Source: an uncultured Gemmatimonadales bacterium | Lineage (GTDB): Bacteria > Gemmatimonadota > Gemmatimonadetes > Longimicrobiales > RSA9 | Assembly (NCBI GenBank): GCA_963708135.1 | Contig: OY970192.1 | Span: 4,640,001-4,704,000, forward strand | Direction of reading: 5' to 3' | Length of the DNA stretch: 64,000 nt | Part shown: positions 39,414-49,652 of the stretch, one piece after another | Position numbering within the stretch: the first letter of the stretch is position 1 | Layout of the letters: the number at the start of each line of letters is the position of its first letter | Position numbers and translations under genes: made by a program | The notes under the pieces: model-generated | What the model was told of the DNA's origin: nothing | What the model saw: only the letters and a program-made list of their open reading frames with translations | Databases searched by the model: none

Positions 39414-41338
39414 GTCGCGCGGTCGCGATCGGGCGCGTGGTCGGGACGGAGAAGAAGCCGAGCACGCCCCACGAGTTCCGCTTCTGGACCGGCCCGGAGG
39501 CCGGCGTCGGGATCGGCACGCTCGTGAAGGTCGTGGCCGGGGGCCCGAGCCCGGTCACCGTCTATGGCATCGTGGTGGACGGCGCGAGCTGGGGCGAGCG
39601 CGAGACGGCGCTCGAGGACTACACGATCCGGGAGGGCGACCCGGCCGGCCGGGGCTCCGCGGGCGCGGCGTCGCCGGAGGTCCGCGTCTACACCGCCGCC
39701 GTCCTGCGCCACGAGCCCGCCGAGCCGCTCCGGCCGGTGCCCGCCGGGCCCGTCTACCCGCTCGAGGAGGCGGAGGTGGCGGTGGCGCTTCGGATGGACG
39801 CGTACGCGCGCCCGGGCGGCACCGGCATCCCGGCGGGGCTGCACGTTACCGGCGGGCAGGGGAGCCCGATCTTCCTCGACGCCGACTTCCTGCTCGGTCC
39901 CGAGGCCGCGCACCTGAACATCACGGGCGTCAGCGGCCTCGCGACCAAGACCTCCGCCGTGCTGTTCCTGCTGGCTTCGCTGTTCGAGCACCTGCCCGCG
40001 GAGAAGGGGCGCGTGGCCGCGCTCTGCTTCAACGTGAAGGGGCCCGACCTGCTGTTCCTCGACCGGCCCGGCGAGATCGGCGAGGCGGACCGACGCATGT
40101 ACGATCTGCTGGGCGTGCCCGCCGCCCCGTTCCGCGACGTGCACTACTACGCGCCCTACAAGGCCGACGGCTACAACCTGAACACGCTGCGCACGCACGA
40201 GGCGCTCGAGCATAATGTGGCGCCGCTCGTATGGGGGCTCGAGCAGATCCTGGAGTTCGCGGAAGTGCTGCTCACGCGCGACAATGTGGATGCCAAGGCG
40301 GACGCGCTGCTCGAGCTGATTCGCGACCGCGTGGCGGGGCACGATTGGGACGAGGGCACGAGCCGCCGGCACACGGTGCGCACCTTTCAGGACCTCGAGG
40401 CCTGGTTCGGCGATGTGCTTGCGGCGTGCGAGCGGCAGAACCTGCAGGTGTGGAAGACGCACCACGTGGCCACGATCCGGAAGGTCCGCAACCGCCTGCT
40501 CAACCTGACCACGCGCGCCAAGGGGCTGGTCTCCGACGATGCCAGCGTGAGCGACCTGCCGTGGGGCGAGCTGCGCGACCGCGCGGTCTACGTGGTGGAC
40601 GTGGCCAACGTCGAGCCGGACGCGCAGGATCTCATCTTCGCGCGCGTCGTGACGGAGGCGCGCGAGCGGCTCGAGTCGAACCGGCTCGGCGTGGACCACC
40701 TCGTCGTCTTCGTGGACGAGCTGAACAAGTACGCGCCGGCCGACGGGCTCGACACCTACGTCCGCCAGATGCTGCTGGACGTGAGCGAGCGCGGCCGCTA
40801 CCTCGGTCTGGTGCTCTTCAGCGCGCAGCAGTTCCGCAGCCAGGTGCACCGGCGCGTGGTCGGCAACGCGGGCACCGCCCTCTATGGCCGCATGGACCTG
40901 GACGAGCTCGCCACGCCCGGCTACGCCGTGCTCTCCCAGTCGACGAGGGCCCGGCTCGCCACGCTGCCCAAGGGCGAGCTGATGGTGCGCCACCCGCACT
41001 TCACGCAGCCGGTCTTCCTCCGCTTCCCCCGCCCCGCCGTGCTGCCGGGCCGCGAGGGCGTGCGCCGCTTCGAGCCCGCGCACGAGCTGCCGCTCGAGGA
41101 CGCCGTCGCCCGGCTGCTCCGGCGGCTGGACCGCTCGGTCTCTGCCAACGAGGTGAAGGACCTGATCGCCGGCCGCGACGAGGCCGAGGTGCTCGCCGCG
41201 CTGCACCGCACGCAGCAACTCCGCCCCGCCGGCGTGCTGGCGTTCTTCCGGGGCTGTCTTCGCAAGCGCCCCGCCCGCGAGGTGGTGTCCGCTCCCCGGC
41301 CCGTGCCGGTGGAGCTGCCGGAGGACCCGTATGCGTAG
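39410..41338 (+). CDS. HerA/FtsK-like ATPase (bacterial HerA type)
   Basis: N-terminal HAS-barrel-like IGRVVGT; variant Walker A HLNITGVSGLATKTS; FNVKG; Walker B FVDELNKYAP; ERGRYLG; AQQ. Confidence 0.85.
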   Translation: MSRAVAIGRVVGTEKKPSTPHEFRFWTGPEAGVGIGTLVKVVAGGPSPVTVYGIVVDGASWGERETALEDYTIREGDPAGRGSAGAASPEVRVYTAAVLRHEPAEPLRPVPAGPVYPLEEAEVAVALRMDAYARPGGTGIPAGLHVTGGQGSPIFLDADFLLGPEAAHLNITGVSGLATKTSAVLFLLASLFEHLPAEKGRVAALCFNVKGPDLLFLDRPGEIGEADRRMYDLLGVPAAPFRDVHYYAPYKADGYNLNTLRTHEALEHNVAPLVWGLEQILEFAEVLLTRDNVDAKADALLELIRDRVAGHDWDEGTSRRHTVRTFQDLEAWFGDVLAACERQNLQVWKTHHVATIRKVRNRLLNLTTRAKGLVSDDASVSDLPWGELRDRAVYVVDVANVEPDAQDLIFARVVTEARERLESNRLGVDHLVVFVDELNKYAPADGLDTYVRQMLLDVSERGRYLGLVLFSAQQFRSQVHRRVVGNAGTALYGRMDLDELATPGYAVLSQSTRARLATLPKGELMVRHPHFTQPVFLRFPRPAVLPGREGVRRFEPAHELPLEDAVARLLRRLDRSVSANEVKDLIAGRDEAEVLAALHRTQQLRPAGVLAFFRGCLRKRPAREVVSAPRPVPVELPEDPYA

Positions 41339-41344
41339 CCGGCC

Positions 41345-42529
41345 ATGAGGATCGCGCACCTGGCCGACCTGCATCTCGGCTACCGGGCGTACCACCGCAT
41401 GGGGCCGGGCGGGATCAACGCCCGCGAGCGGGACGTGGCGCAGGCCTTCCGCGCGGCGCTGGAGCGCGTCGTGGCACTCGCGCCCGACCTCGTGCTCGTG
41501 GCGGGCGACGTCTTCCATACCGTGCGTCCGTCGAACTCCGCGATCGCCGACGCGTTCCGCCAGTTCGCCTCGCTGCGCGCGCGCCTGCCGGGGGCCCCCG
41601 TGGTGGTGATCGGCGGCAACCACGACTCGCCGCGCGCGGTGGAGACGGGCAGCATCCTCCGGCTGCTCGCCGAGATCCCCGGGATCCACGTCGTCGATGA
41701 CGAGGCGCGCGCGCTCCACCTCGATGGCCTCGATACCTCCGTGCTCTGCCTGCCGCACAACGCGCTGGCCTCCGGCGCGCCGTACGCCATGGAGCCGGAT
41801 CCGGCTGCGGCCACGAACGTGCTCATGCTGCACGGCACCGTGGTGGGCGGGCTCGCGGACGAGAAGCTGCGCTGGATGAGCGAGTACGGCGGCGCGCGCG
41901 TGGAGACGTCGGAGATCCGCCCCGTCGCCTGGGACTACGTGGCGCTCGGCCATTACCACCTGCTCACGGACCTGGCGCCCAACATGTGGTACGCGGGCGC
42001 GCTCGAGCGCACCTCCACCAACATCTGGGAGGAGAGCGCCGAGAAGGGGTTCCTCCTCTTCGACACGGACGCCGGGGAGGCCAGCTTCCACGCCGTGCCG
42101 ACGCGGGAGATGCTGGACCTGCCCCGCTTCTCCGCGCGCGGGCTCGCGCCCGCCGAGCTGGACGCCCGCATCGCCGCCGCCGTCGATGCCGTGCCCGGCG
42201 GGATCGCCGGCAAGATCGTGCGCCTCGTGGTCGAGGACGTCCACCGGGAGGTGTTCCGCGAGCTCGACCACCGCCGCATCCGCGACTACCGCGCGGAGGC
42301 GCTCCACTTCCATCTCGACGCACGTCGCCCGGAGCGGGCGCATGTCCTCGGTGCCGATCCGCCCGGGCGCCGCCGCACGCTACGCGAGGAGCTGGAGGAC
42401 TTCCTCTCGGCGCGCTGGCGGCTCTCTTCCCCGGAGATCCGGCGGGACCGGCTCGTCGCCCTCGGCACGTCCTACCTCGACCGGGCGGGGCAGGGCGAGG
42501 ACGAGGCCCCCATCCCGGAGGGCGCGTAG
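41345..42529 (+). CDS. sbcD: Mre11/SbcD DNA repair nuclease
   Basis: HLADLHLG, AGDVFH, GNHD, LHG, YVALGHYH. Confidence 0.9.
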   Translation: MRIAHLADLHLGYRAYHRMGPGGINARERDVAQAFRAALERVVALAPDLVLVAGDVFHTVRPSNSAIADAFRQFASLRARLPGAPVVVIGGNHDSPRAVETGSILRLLAEIPGIHVVDDEARALHLDGLDTSVLCLPHNALASGAPYAMEPDPAAATNVLMLHGTVVGGLADEKLRWMSEYGGARVETSEIRPVAWDYVALGHYHLLTDLAPNMWYAGALERTSTNIWEESAEKGFLLFDTDAGEASFHAVPTREMLDLPRFSARGLAPAELDARIAAAVDAVPGGIAGKIVRLVVEDVHREVFRELDHRRIRDYRAEALHFHLDARRPERAHVLGADPPGRRRTLREELEDFLSARWRLSSPEIRRDRLVALGTSYLDRAGQGEDEAPIPEGA

Positions 42530-42532
42530 GCG

Positions 42533-44959
42533 ATGCGGCTGCTCCGGCTCCGGCTGCTGAACTTCAGGCAGCACGCATCGACGGACATCGAGTTCCGGAC
42601 CGGCCTCACGGGCATCATCGGCCCCAACGGCGCGGGCAAGAGCACCATCCTCGAGGCGATCGCCTGGGCGATCTACGGCTCGTCCGCCGCCCGCGGCACG
42701 AACGACACGATCCGCTTCTCGCGCGCGCAAGGACGCGCCCGGGTCGAGGTCGAGCTGGCCGTGGCGCTGGCCGGCCACGAGCTTCGGATCGTGCGCTCCC
42801 TTACGAGCGCGGAGGTCTACCTCGACGGCGGACAGAGCCCGGTCGCCAGTGGGATCGGCACCGTCACGCGCTACGTGCAGGAGCGCCTCGGGATGTCCCG
42901 CGAGGAGTTCTTCAACACCTACTTCACCGGCCAGAAGGAGCTCCAGTTCCTGGCGCAGATGGGCCCCGCCCAGCGCGGCCGGTTCCTCGGCCAGGTGCTC
43001 GGCTACGAGCGGCTGCGCCGCGCCCAGGACCTCGCCCGGGTGCGGCGCAACGAGCTCAGGCACGAGATGGAGGGCGTCCGCTCCTCGATGCCGGATCCCG
43101 AGGCGGTGGCCGCCGAGCGGAGCGCGGCCGAGGCGCGGCGCGAGGCGGCCGTCGCGGAGCTCGCGCGCGCCGAGGAAGCGGGCCGCGCGGCGCTGGCAGA
43201 GCGCGCGGAGCTGGTGCCCGAGTGGGAGCGGGCACAGGCCGCCCGCGATGGCGCCCGCGAGGCCAGGCACGCGCTCGATGTGGCCAGCACCGGCCTCGCC
43301 GCCGCCCGCCGCGACCTGGAGCGGACCCGGGGCGAGCTCGAGGCGGTCGCGCGGGCGGAGGCGGAGCTCGCGCCGCTACGCGAGCGGCTGGCGGAGCTCC
43401 CCGCGCTCGCCGAGGAGTGCGAGCGCCTCGCGCGCCTGGCCCGCGAGGCGGAGCGCCGGCGGGCGCTGGAGGAGCAGGGGAAGACGCTCGAGGCGGAGCG
43501 GGCGGAGATCGCCGCGCGCCGGGCGAGCCTCGAGCGCGCGCCGGCGCTGCTCGAGCAGTGCCGGGCCGAGGCCGTGGACGTGCGCGCGGAGCTCGCCGAG
43601 GCGGAAGCCGGGGCCGCCCGCCTGCGCGACGAGTGGATCGAGCGCCGCCGCGAGGCGGAGACCCGGCTGGACACCTACCGCGGCCGCGCGCAGGACCTCA
43701 AGACGCAGCTCCAGCAGCTCCGCGAGGCCGGTCCCGAGGGCACCTGTCCCACGTGTGAGCGGCCGCTCGGCAGGGAGTTCGACAACGTGATCGGCCGCCT
43801 GCAGGACGAATGGGAGACGCTCGTCCAGGACGGCAAGTGGCTGAGCCAGCGGGTGGCGCAGCTCCAGGATCCGCCGCCTGAGCTCGCCGCCGCCGAGAAG
43901 GAGCGCGTCCGGCTGGCGAAGGCGCTCGAGGAGAAGTCGCAGCGGGTCACCCGCTGCGAGCGCGCCGTGCAGGACCGCGATGCGGCGGAGCGGGAGCACG
44001 CCCGCCGCGAGGAGCAGCTGGCCCGGCTGCGCCAGGAGCTCGCCGGCCTCTCCGCCGATTACGATGCCGCGCGCCACACCGCCGCCGACGCCCGCCTCGC
44101 CGAGCTGCGCAGCGCGGAACGCGACGCCGCGCGCCTCGAGCAGGCCGCCACCGCCCGCGCCGCACGGGAGGCCGAGCGCGCGGATGCGGAGTCGCGGGCG
44201 CGGACCGAGGAGGCCGCCATCGCCGGGCTCGAGGCCCGCCTGGCGTCCAGCCCGTTCGACGAGGAGGCGTTCAGCGCGCTGCGCGCCGCGTACGACGTGG
44301 CCGGCGACGCGGTGCGCCGGGCCGAGCTCCACCGGACCGAGTGCAGCGGCGCCGCGAAGGCGGCGGCCGAGGCGCTCGAGGCCGCGCTGCGCGCGGAAGC
44401 CGCGCTCCACGAGCGGCAGGCCGCGCTCCAGGCGCTCCGTATCGAGCAGCGCCACCACAGTGAGCTCGACGACGCGCTCACGGAGCTGCGCGGCGAGCTC
44501 AACGGCCGCGTGCGCCCCGAGCTCGGCGAGCTGGCCAGCGGCTTCCTCACCGAGATCACAGACGGCCGCTACACCAACCTGGAGATCGACGACAACTACA
44601 ACGTGCTCGTGCTCGACGAGGGGGAGGAGAAGCCGGTCATCAGCGGCGGCGAGGAGGACGTGGCCAACCTCGTGCTGCGGCTGGCCATCAGCCAGATGAT
44701 CGCCGAGCGCGCCGGCCATCCCCTCTCGATCCTCGTCCTGGACGAGGTCTTCGGCTCGCTCGACGTCGAGCGGCGCGACAACGTCATCCAGCTCCTGCAC
44801 CGGCTGGGCAACCGCTTCGACCAGGTCATCCTGATCACCCACATCGAGACGATCCGCGAGGGCCTCGACCACATCATCCGCGTCGACTTCGACGAGCGTG
44901 CCGGCGCCAGCCGCGTCGTCGAGGAGAACGCCCCCGAGCCCGAAGCCGAGTTCGCGTGA
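42533..44959 (+). CDS. sbcC: Rad50/SbcC SMC-family ATPase
   Basis: GPNGAGKST, coiled coil with CPTC zinc hook, ISGGEE, LDEVFGSLD, LITH. Confidence 0.92.
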   Translation: MRLLRLRLLNFRQHASTDIEFRTGLTGIIGPNGAGKSTILEAIAWAIYGSSAARGTNDTIRFSRAQGRARVEVELAVALAGHELRIVRSLTSAEVYLDGGQSPVASGIGTVTRYVQERLGMSREEFFNTYFTGQKELQFLAQMGPAQRGRFLGQVLGYERLRRAQDLARVRRNELRHEMEGVRSSMPDPEAVAAERSAAEARREAAVAELARAEEAGRAALAERAELVPEWERAQAARDGAREARHALDVASTGLAAARRDLERTRGELEAVARAEAELAPLRERLAELPALAEECERLARLAREAERRRALEEQGKTLEAERAEIAARRASLERAPALLEQCRAEAVDVRAELAEAEAGAARLRDEWIERRREAETRLDTYRGRAQDLKTQLQQLREAGPEGTCPTCERPLGREFDNVIGRLQDEWETLVQDGKWLSQRVAQLQDPPPELAAAEKERVRLAKALEEKSQRVTRCERAVQDRDAAEREHARREEQLARLRQELAGLSADYDAARHTAADARLAELRSAERDAARLEQAATARAAREAERADAESRARTEEAAIAGLEARLASSPFDEEAFSALRAAYDVAGDAVRRAELHRTECSGAAKAAAEALEAALRAEAALHERQAALQALRIEQRHHSELDDALTELRGELNGRVRPELGELASGFLTEITDGRYTNLEIDDNYNVLVLDEGEEKPVISGGEEDVANLVLRLAISQMIAERAGHPLSILVLDEVFGSLDVERRDNVIQLLHRLGNRFDQVILITHIETIREGLDHIIRVDFDERAGASRVVEENAPEPEAEFA

Positions 44960-46125
44960 GGGCGTCGCGCCCGTCCCCGCACGCGGCGACGCCCCGCGCC
45001 GCCCTGGCCGCCCTCCTCCTCGCCGCCCTGGTCGCCCCCGGCACCGCAGCACCCCCCGAGCGAGCCCTAGCGACGCTCCCCTTCGAGAGCGCCGACGACC
45101 TCATCTTCCTGCGCGCCCGGATCAACGGCCACGGCGCCTGGCTGCTCCTGGACAGCGGCGCGGGCGTGATGGCGCTCGAGCGCGCGCGGGAGCGTGCCCT
45201 CGGGCTGCGGGAGCGGGGCCGGCGCATCATCCGCGGGATGGGCGCGGGACCGGTCGAGGCGGGCATGGTGCGGAATGTCGACGTCGCGCTCGGCCCGCTC
45301 GATCTGCGCATCGCGACCGCCGTGGCGGTGGGTCTCGACGCGCTGCGGGAGACGGCGGGACACGAGGTGGACGGCGTGCTCGGCTACGAGCTGCTGCGGC
45401 GCTGGGTCGTGGCGATCGACTACGCCGCGGGCGTCGTGCGGCTGTACGAGCCGTCCGGCTTCCGCTACGCGGGGGCCGGCACGGTCGTGCCGCTCCGGAT
45501 CGAGGACGGCCACGCCTATGCGGCGGCGGCGGTGGACCTCGCGGGCTCCGGGGCGCTCGCCTCGCGGGAGTACATGATCGACACCGGGGCGAGCCGCGCC
45601 CTCGTCGATCCGGATCTCATCCGGGCGCCCGAGGGACGCGAGACGCTCGGCGGGCTCGGGATCGGCGCGGCACGCTCCGCCCGCCTGGCCCGGGTGCCGG
45701 CGTTGCGCTTCGGCGGCGTGCGGTTCGACGGCGCGCTGGGCGTGACCGGCCCGCTGCGCGCGATCGGCGCCGGGCTGTTGCGCCGCTTCGTCGCCTGGTT
45801 CGACTACCCGCACCGTCGGCTGATCCTCGTGCCGGGGCCGCACCTCCGCGACGGCTTTCCCGCGGATGCCAGCGGGCTGCTGTTGCTGAGGAGCGGCGGC
45901 ACGGGGCCGATCGCCGTCCGGGCGGCGCTCGCGGGCACGCCCGCCGCGGCGGCCGGGCTCCGCGCGGGAGACGTGGTCGAGCGGGTGGACGGAGAGGTGG
46001 CGACGGAGCTGGGGCTGGACCGGCTGCGCGCGCTGCTCCGCCGCGATGGCGCCGAGGTCCGGCTCAGCGTGCGGCGGGGGGCGGCGCGGTGGGAGGTACG
46101 GCTGCGGCTGGCGAAGCTGCTCTGA
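44956..46125 (+). CDS. secreted tandem aspartyl protease with PDZ domain
   Basis: Signal peptide; LLDSGA and MIDTGAS; DGVLGY; TPAAAAGLRAGD. Confidence 0.85.
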   Translation: MRASRPSPHAATPRAALAALLLAALVAPGTAAPPERALATLPFESADDLIFLRARINGHGAWLLLDSGAGVMALERARERALGLRERGRRIIRGMGAGPVEAGMVRNVDVALGPLDLRIATAVAVGLDALRETAGHEVDGVLGYELLRRWVVAIDYAAGVVRLYEPSGFRYAGAGTVVPLRIEDGHAYAAAAVDLAGSGALASREYMIDTGASRALVDPDLIRAPEGRETLGGLGIGAARSARLARVPALRFGGVRFDGALGVTGPLRAIGAGLLRRFVAWFDYPHRRLILVPGPHLRDGFPADASGLLLLRSGGTGPIAVRAALAGTPAAAAGLRAGDVVERVDGEVATELGLDRLRALLRRDGAEVRLSVRRGAARWEVRLRLAKLL

Positions 46126-47041
46126 CCGGCCCGCCGGCGGGGGAGGACCTGCTGGCGCGCGCGAGCAGCAGCGCCGCGGCCACGATGAGGGCGATGCCGA
46201 GCACGCGCTCGGGCGCCAGGCTCTCGCCCAGCAGGGCGGCGCCCAGCACCGCCGCCACCACCGGCTCGGCCGTGGCCAGCATGCTGGCCGTGCCCGCGCG
46301 CAGGTGGCGCAGCCCCGCCAGGTAGAGGACGAACGCGGCGAGCGTGGGCAGCGCGCCGAGCGCGAGCAGGAGCGGGAGCGCGGCCGCCGGCGTGTGCGCG
46401 GCGATCCGCCAGGGCGGCGCGGCGAAGGCCATTGCCGGCGCAGCGAACGCGAAGACCCAGAAGGAGGCCCGCATCGGGTCGTGGTTCCGCAGGGCGCGCT
46501 TGCTGAAGAGAGTGTAGACGCCGTACAGCAGCCCGGAGCCGAGCCCCATGGCGATGGTGGCGGGCGCGAGCGCCGCCCCGCCGGTCAGAAGCGCCCGCGC
46601 GGCGCCGGTCACCAGGAACACCCCGGCCAGCACGAGCGCCAGCGCGCCGAGCTGCGGCGCGCCGAGCGGCTCGTCCTCCAGGAAGCGGGAGAGCACGACG
46701 ACGAACGCCGGAGCGGTGTAGAGGAGCGCGGCCGCCACCGCCACGGTGGTGCGAGCCACGGTCGCGAAGTACAGCGTCTCGAAGAGCGCGAAGGCGCCGA
46801 TCCCGTAGGCGGCGAAGAACGGCAGGTCCCGGAGCGGGACGCGGATGCGTGATGGGCCGGCCGCGGCCCAGGCGGCGAGCCCGAGGAAGCCGAGAGTGGC
46901 GCGGGCGCTGGCCAGCTCGATCGGGCTCAGGCCGTAGCGGTAGAGCGCCTTGCCGAAGAGGCCGAGGGTACCCCACAGCACCGCGGCGGCGAGCACCAGC
47001 GCCACGCCGAGCGCCGGCCGCCGGCCGCCGGCCGCCTTCAC
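46064..47041 (-). CDS. EamA/DMT family transporter
   Basis: About 10 TM; LLYTAPAFV, EPVVAAVL...LGE; GTG start overlaps upstream TGA. Confidence 0.88.
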   Translation of the reverse strand: MKAAGGRRPALGVALVLAAAVLWGTLGLFGKALYRYGLSPIELASARATLGFLGLAAWAAAGPSRIRVPLRDLPFFAAYGIGAFALFETLYFATVARTTVAVAAALLYTAPAFVVVLSRFLEDEPLGAPQLGALALVLAGVFLVTGAARALLTGGAALAPATIAMGLGSGLLYGVYTLFSKRALRNHDPMRASFWVFAFAAPAMAFAAPPWRIAAHTPAAALPLLLALGALPTLAAFVLYLAGLRHLRAGTASMLATAEPVVAAVLGAALLGESLAPERVLGIALIVAAALLLARASRSSPAGGPVRAASPAAAVPPTAPPPAAR

Positions 47042-49317
47042 TTGTTGGCCAGCGCCGTCCAGACGCCGAGCCGCGCCTCGTGCTTCTCCGCCAGTGCCGC
47101 CTGGCCGAGCGCATCGTGCGCCTGCGCGGCGGCCATGTGGGCGTAGGCGTAGTAGTACGGGATCCCCTGGGTCGATGCGTCGACCCAGTGCGTCCACTTG
47201 TCGGGGAAGCCGTTGCTGCTCACGAACACGTGCCACAGCAGACTGTCCGTGCGGGGCAGGTCGATGTAGCGGCCCGTCACCACCCGGTACGGGCTGTTCT
47301 GCGGCTCGGCCACGATGCCGTTCGCGGCGGACGGCTGCACCGGCCCGTCGTGCAGCTTGAAGGCGACGCCCTGGCGCACCAGGAACTCCCCGACGTTGAT
47401 GTCGTCGAAGGCCTGCGTCGTCGTGGCGTAGTAGATCGGCCGGTCGCCCATCGAGCTGGTCAGGATCCCCGTCATGAAGATGTCCGCCGGCAGCAGCACC
47501 TGCCCGGTCGGGATCGTCGTCTCCAGCCGGTCCGCGTGGAAGACCAGCGGGTTCTGTGTCTGGAACGGCGGCGTGGCCGCGATCTGCTCGATCTGCGCGT
47601 CCGTGAGCGGGAGGATGCTCTTGGTCGGCTTCCTCGTCAGCTCGGGGGTGTCGTAGAACGGCGTGCGCGGGTCCGGCACGTACGGCCGCTGGCAGATGAT
47701 GCGGGTCGGGTCCTGCGCCGCGCTCTCCCCCGGCGGGCAGGGCCGGGTCAGGTCGCGGAGCTGCTTCGTGTACCACGGCGTGTTGAGGTAGCTCATCACG
47801 ATGACCGTGACGTCCTTGCGCACGCCCTCCACCTCCTGCGCGTACCAGAGCGGGAAGGTGTCGTTGTCGCCGTTCGTGAAGAGCACGCCGTAAGGCTCGA
47901 CGCTGTTCAGCAGGTTGTACGCCCAGTCGCGCGCCACGTAGTCGCCGGCCCGCGAGGCCCAGCTCCAGTTGACGAACAGCGGGATCGCCGCCACCGCCAG
48001 GATCGGCGCCGTGAGCGCGAGACCGCGCCGGCCGCCGCCCTCGAAGCCCTCCGACAGCCGCCTCCACAGCGCCGCGAGCCCGATCCCGGCCCACAGCGCC
48101 CAGACCGAGAAGCTGACGATGAAGAAATAGTCGCGCTCGCGGACCTCGCGCATCTCCTGCGAGATCCCCTGTCCCGGATAGCTGTAGCCGTACTTGAAGT
48201 TGAGGTAGAAGGTCAGCCCCAGCGACAGCGTGGCGAAGAGCACCACCATGTACGCAAAGCTGATCCGGTCCCGCTTGTAGTGGCTCCAGGCGCCGTAGAT
48301 CCCGAGCGAGGCGAACAGCAGCGTGAAGAGCGGCCGCACGCCGCCGAACCACGAGGCCTTCCCCGCGATCGAGCGCGCCCACTGCCAGTCGAAGTACTGG
48401 ATATAGTTGCCGATCTGCGCGATCAGCAGCCCGATGTCGCGCGGCATGCGCGGGTCGATCGGGTTCGAGAACATCGACGGCTTGTCGTATTGCTTGCGCG
48501 CGAGCGATTCCAGCAGCGCGTGCCACGTGCTCGGGTTCGCCTCGTTGATCACCGGACCCAGCGAGGCACGGATCGGCAGGAACAGGTGGATCGACAGCCC
48601 CAGAACCGCCACCACCGCCGCCGCAGCCCACAGCTTCCAGTTGAGCAGCGTGCGCGGAGCCACCAACAGGATGAACACCACCAGCGCCGGCGCGGCCAGG
48701 AACGCCATCAGGTGGTTGCCCACCGAGAGGGCGAGGATGAACACCATGAACAGGATCAGGTTGTCATCCTTGCCCCGTCCCAGGTTGTCCCGCCACCGGA
48801 ACGCCAGCCAGCTGAGCAGCGCGATCGTGAACAGCGAGACCGTGTAGACCTTCTCGTTCACGTCCGACTGGTTCCACACCGTGAACGCCGTCGCCGACAG
48901 CAGCACCGCCGCCGCCGCGCCCACCAGGCGCACCACCCGGTGCTCCGTGTAGTACGAGAGGATCCGGTGCACCAGCAGAAACCAGCACCCGTGCGCCAGC
49001 GCGCTCATGGTCGCGCTGAACAGGTTGACTCGCTGCGCCACCGGCAGGCTCGTCCACGACAGCAGGACGTCCCATGCGCGCGCGAGCACCACGAACGTCG
49101 GGTTCCCCGGCGGGTGCGGAATCCCCAGAATGTGCGCCGTCGCTATGTACTCGCTCGTGTCCCAGAACGCCGTGGACGGCGAGAGCGTCACGAGGTAGAG
49201 GAGCCACACCGCCAGCGCGGCGATCCCCGCCGCCAGGTACGGTGGCCTGTACTCCTCCGCCTCGAGCCGCGCCGATTCTCCCCGCGGCGCCGCCATCGTC
49301 CCTGCTGTGGACTTCAT
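47038..49317 (-). CDS. DUF2723 / GT117 (TMEM260-like) membrane glycosyltransferase
   Basis: FWDTSEY, GIPHPPGNP, EVRERDYFF, GDNDTFPLWYAQEVEG.RKDV. Confidence 0.88.
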   Translation of the reverse strand: MKSTAGTMAAPRGESARLEAEEYRPPYLAAGIAALAVWLLYLVTLSPSTAFWDTSEYIATAHILGIPHPPGNPTFVVLARAWDVLLSWTSLPVAQRVNLFSATMSALAHGCWFLLVHRILSYYTEHRVVRLVGAAAAVLLSATAFTVWNQSDVNEKVYTVSLFTIALLSWLAFRWRDNLGRGKDDNLILFMVFILALSVGNHLMAFLAAPALVVFILLVAPRTLLNWKLWAAAAVVAVLGLSIHLFLPIRASLGPVINEANPSTWHALLESLARKQYDKPSMFSNPIDPRMPRDIGLLIAQIGNYIQYFDWQWARSIAGKASWFGGVRPLFTLLFASLGIYGAWSHYKRDRISFAYMVVLFATLSLGLTFYLNFKYGYSYPGQGISQEMREVRERDYFFIVSFSVWALWAGIGLAALWRRLSEGFEGGGRRGLALTAPILAVAAIPLFVNWSWASRAGDYVARDWAYNLLNSVEPYGVLFTNGDNDTFPLWYAQEVEGVRKDVTVIVMSYLNTPWYTKQLRDLTRPCPPGESAAQDPTRIICQRPYVPDPRTPFYDTPELTRKPTKSILPLTDAQIEQIAATPPFQTQNPLVFHADRLETTIPTGQVLLPADIFMTGILTSSMGDRPIYYATTTQAFDDINVGEFLVRQGVAFKLHDGPVQPSAANGIVAEPQNSPYRVVTGRYIDLPRTDSLLWHVFVSSNGFPDKWTHWVDASTQGIPYYYAYAHMAAAQAHDALGQAALAEKHEARLGVWTALANK

Positions 49318-49598
49318 TCGTCGTTCCGGCTGTCGGTTGGATCCTGCCTCCGCCGCTTTACCCGGCCCCGCCCCCGCCGTTCCGGCGGAAGCCTGGAAAG
49401 ATAGACGCTGCAGACGGCGGATTCCAGCCCGGCGCCCGCCGCGCGACCCCGCCCTATACGCCACCCAGCCCGAACCACCACTCCACACCCCGCCCGACGC
49501 GGGGACGCGGGGAAACGTCGAGCGGCGCGATCGCGTGCTTCGGCTGCCCGGCGAGGCGGGGGTGGGGGAATCACGGGGGGCGCGCGGACGGGAACGCC

Positions 49599-49614
49599 CG
49601 GCAGGGATCTTGCC
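49599..49614 (+). promoter_or_regulatory. sigma-54 promoter candidate
   Basis: CGGCAGGGATCTTGCC, exact GG-N10-GC spacing. Confidence 0.45.
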
Positions 49615-49652
49615 CTTTCCACCTCACGGACTCGCACCAGCAGGAGGGCAGC

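Noticed and set aside
46064..46125. 62-bp overlap of convergent protease and EamA genes
   Set aside because: Low-complexity tail overlap, common in GC-rich genomes
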